A stretch of DNA of 63,777 nucleotides from Octopus bimaculoides (lineage: Eukaryota), in NCBI RefSeq assembly GCF_001194135.2, contig NC_068993.1:54159199-54222975 (forward strand), read 5' to 3'. Made by a program: the position numbers and the translations under genes. A model generated the notes under the pieces. It was not told where the DNA came from. It was given only the letters and a program-made list of their open reading frames with translations, and made no database searches. Positions 60,881 through 63,777 of the stretch are shown in pieces; positions within the stretch are counted from its first letter, which is position 1; each line of letters begins with the position of its first letter.

Positions 60881-63777
60881 CAGAAATCTCATTTCACTTT
60901 GTCATATTACTGCGGGAAATTACTCTGAAAGAAATCTTTGCAGAAAGGTGAGTAGATTGATTGCATATTTCTTTCATTCTGTCATCGCAGTTTTGAGAGA
61001 TTTGGCTGTTATTTCTAACATGTGAATAGCCTGCTTGAAANNNNNNNNNNNNNNNNNNNNNNNNNNNNNNNNNNNNNNNNNNNNNNNNNNNNNNNNNNNN
61101 NNNNNNNNNNNNNNNNNNNNNNNNNNNNNNNNNNNNNNNNNNNNNNNNNNNNNNNNNNNNNNNNNNNNNNNNNNNNNNNNNNNNNNNNNNNNNNNNNNNN
61201 NNNNNNNNNNNNNNNNNNNNNNNNNNNNNNNNNNNNNNNNNNNNNNNNNNNNNNNNNNNNNNNNNNNNNNNNNNNNNNNNNNNNNNNNNNNNNNNNNNNN
61301 NNNNNNNNNNNNNNNNNNNNNNNNNNNNNNNNNNNNNNNNNNNNNNNNNNNNNNNNNNNNNNNNNNNNNNNNNNNNNNNNNNNNNNNNNNNNNNNNNNNN
61401 NNNNNNNNNNNNNNNNNNNNNNNNNNNNNNNNNNNNNNNNNNNNNNNNNNNNNNNNNNNNNNNNNNNNNNNNNNNNNNNNNNNNNNNNNNNNNNNNNNNN
61501 NNNNNNNNNNNNNNNNNNNNNNNNNNNNNNNNNNNNNNNNNNNNNNNNNNNNNNNNNNNNNNNNNNNNNNNNNNNNNNNNNNNNNNNNNNNNNNNNNNNN
61601 NNNNNNNNNNNNNNNNNNNNNNNNNNNNNNNNNNNNNNNNNNNNNNNNNNNCCCATTTGCTCTCAACTTCCTTACGACATTTGTCCATCTTTTTTCAAAC
61701 ACTCTTCGAGACAAGGCGTCACCTCTCCAGACTGATCTTACTGGAAAATGAAAATACTCGCTTCGATCAACAATATCTATATTATATGAACTTTGACATG
61801 AACCGGAACTGTATTATAATAAAACTTGCAGAACAAATAAAAATTTTAATTAAAATAATATTTCATATTTCTTTTCATTTTATAAACAATAAAATTGTTT
61901 ATAAATTGATTAAATAAATAAAAAGAAAATTCACGAATTTTAATTATTCATTATTTGATTGATAAATTTCGACAAACAGGAAGTGGAATTCCATGCGAGG
62001 CTAGGTCTTTTAGTCTTTACATTAAAGATGAACGTCAAGCAAATCTCCAAGAAGCGAAAGGTATCTTTAATTTACTATTTAAATACTTTTGTTTTTATAA
62101 AAATTTCACTCTTGATTCATTCACTATAGATTTGTGATTGCGTTTGATATGTTTAATGCATTTTTTGCTTCGATATTATTCGGATGTTTACAGATTTTCT
62201 CGCTAGGTTATTCATTACTGCATCCTTTCTCACATGGCAATGGCATATAATTATCTGATACTTCGCTATAGTTCATTTATTTCCGTCTAATTCATCTCTG
62301 AGTATAATATATAAATGTTTGTTTATCTCAGTTTCGTAAGAATTGAATGAAACCTACATTAAACCCATCATTTATAAATTCTTCCACCCCTAACTAAATC
62401 CCTCAACTATAAAACATGTCTCAGTGAAATAAACCTTGTTCTATTTCGCTGCTGTTTAAATCTTTCAAGATAGACTTTGTAAATATACACAGTAAATGGC
62501 GGTTTACTGTCCACTGCGGTTCTAAGCATCTATATTACTTTGGTTACTGAGAAATTTCGTGTATAACAAGACATTAGCTGTTTGTGTTAGATTTAAACAG
62601 TATTGAAAGCGAAAGAACCTGACTATTTTAAACCGTATTTTCGAATGATATCCAACGTTAGTTGAATATGGGAGCCGCTGTTTATATCTCAAGTGCCCGT
62701 TTGAGTAATATTGAGTAATATTTACTGAACTTGCTAGTTCCTACCTCACTCCTCGTCACTCGTCAACCTAAATGAGCAACTGTGGCCCTGTAGCCATTTC
62801 TCACTATAATTCATCTTTCACGTGGCTACCTCCTACACATAATTTGGCTTATACCGAAGCATCTCTTAGATTAACTTCTGTGTCGCATGAATTTCTCAAA
62901 CTGATGTGAAGGAGTCAATGAGGTTAATATTGTGATTACGATATGTTTATAACTGGCTGTCGTGCAGATGACTTTGGCGAAGGTAAAGAGTACGCACACC
63001 CGGGGTTTTAGGGTTATACCGAAAACTGGTGATGTGCGTATTCTTTACCGCCACCGATGACTTTTATAGATCTAACTTCATTGTCATTGGTGTGTGTGTG
63101 TACTAAATCAACTATATTGTTTATGAGTGGGGTGCACCTGGAGAAAGTCTTTCAAAGCCTTCAACTGTGTTGCTAGATCACTATAGATAGTTCCAATGAA
63201 CACTGACCGCTGCATGTCTTCAAGCAACTTTACTTCAGAGGAGTGGTCGTTCGCCTGCTAGAAATGTCCCTCTTCATAAGAACACGTTACACAATGTACT
63301 CCTAGATATACAAAACTACGAGATGGTCGCAGCTGAAATGTCGAAATCTTTACGTGTTTGACCACACCTGAATGTGTTGATGCCTTTAAAATATGTCAGT
63401 AATGGTTCATTACTGCTGCAGGGTTTAATCAGGTTCCTTGAATAACCTACCCTCTATACACATGAAAATTATATGGTTAGTAGACACAGTACATAAAAAG
63501 AAGTGTAAATGGATCTTTTTTAAAACTGGGGCCACATTTTTCATTAATGTTTTACGTAGTGTTTTTGGTAGCGAAAGACTTTCAAACTTCGTATACTTAT
63601 CTATTTTGTGTTATAGAACAGAAAAATATTTTTGTATTCGAATTTATTTCATGTAAATAATTGTCTTATTTCGATAATTTCAACCAATCACTGACGAGTA
63701 TTCAGTTGTTTACATTTACTCCTTTGGCTGATTAAGCCATAGCTTCGTTTTATTTGCTTTTTTCATTTTCTTTTTTT

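Noticed and set aside
1-63777. CRISPR arrays, rRNA genes, prokaryotic operons
   Set aside because: None seen. This is spliceosomal-intron eukaryotic DNA and the recurring motifs are dispersed retroposon copies, not regularly spaced direct repeats.

Overview
AT-rich, intron-containing animal genomic DNA with many N gaps. The C2H2 codon pattern (CAT ACA GGA GAG AAA CCA TAT CAC TGT GAT ATC TGT GGT AAA) and the SINE/RTE repertoire suggest a coleoid cephalopod, most likely Octopus; this is an inference, no search was run. Gene order: 3' part of PDS5 (+), GATB/PET112 (-, 11 exons traced, first exon not found), PPAN/SSF1 (-, 10 exons, complete, 473 aa), an intact Tigger/pogo DD32D transposase ORF (+), and two convergent paralogous C2H2 zinc-finger genes without a visible effector domain. 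These sit among decayed RTE, L1/Tx1, Penelope-like, Tc1, mariner and Helitron fragments and tRNA-derived SINEs. Best leads: (1) a consensus splice donor 25 nt after the transposase stop that could join the transposase to the downstream ZNF exon; (2) a perfect 66-bp inverted repeat just upstream of the ZNF 3' splice site; (3) a 74-nt hairpin and a candidate poison exon in PPAN introns; (4) a 96-bp locally templated insertion with microhomologies; (5) same-frame uORFs in both ZNF leaders. Exons were traced by hand using remembered family motifs, and repeat boundaries are approximate.
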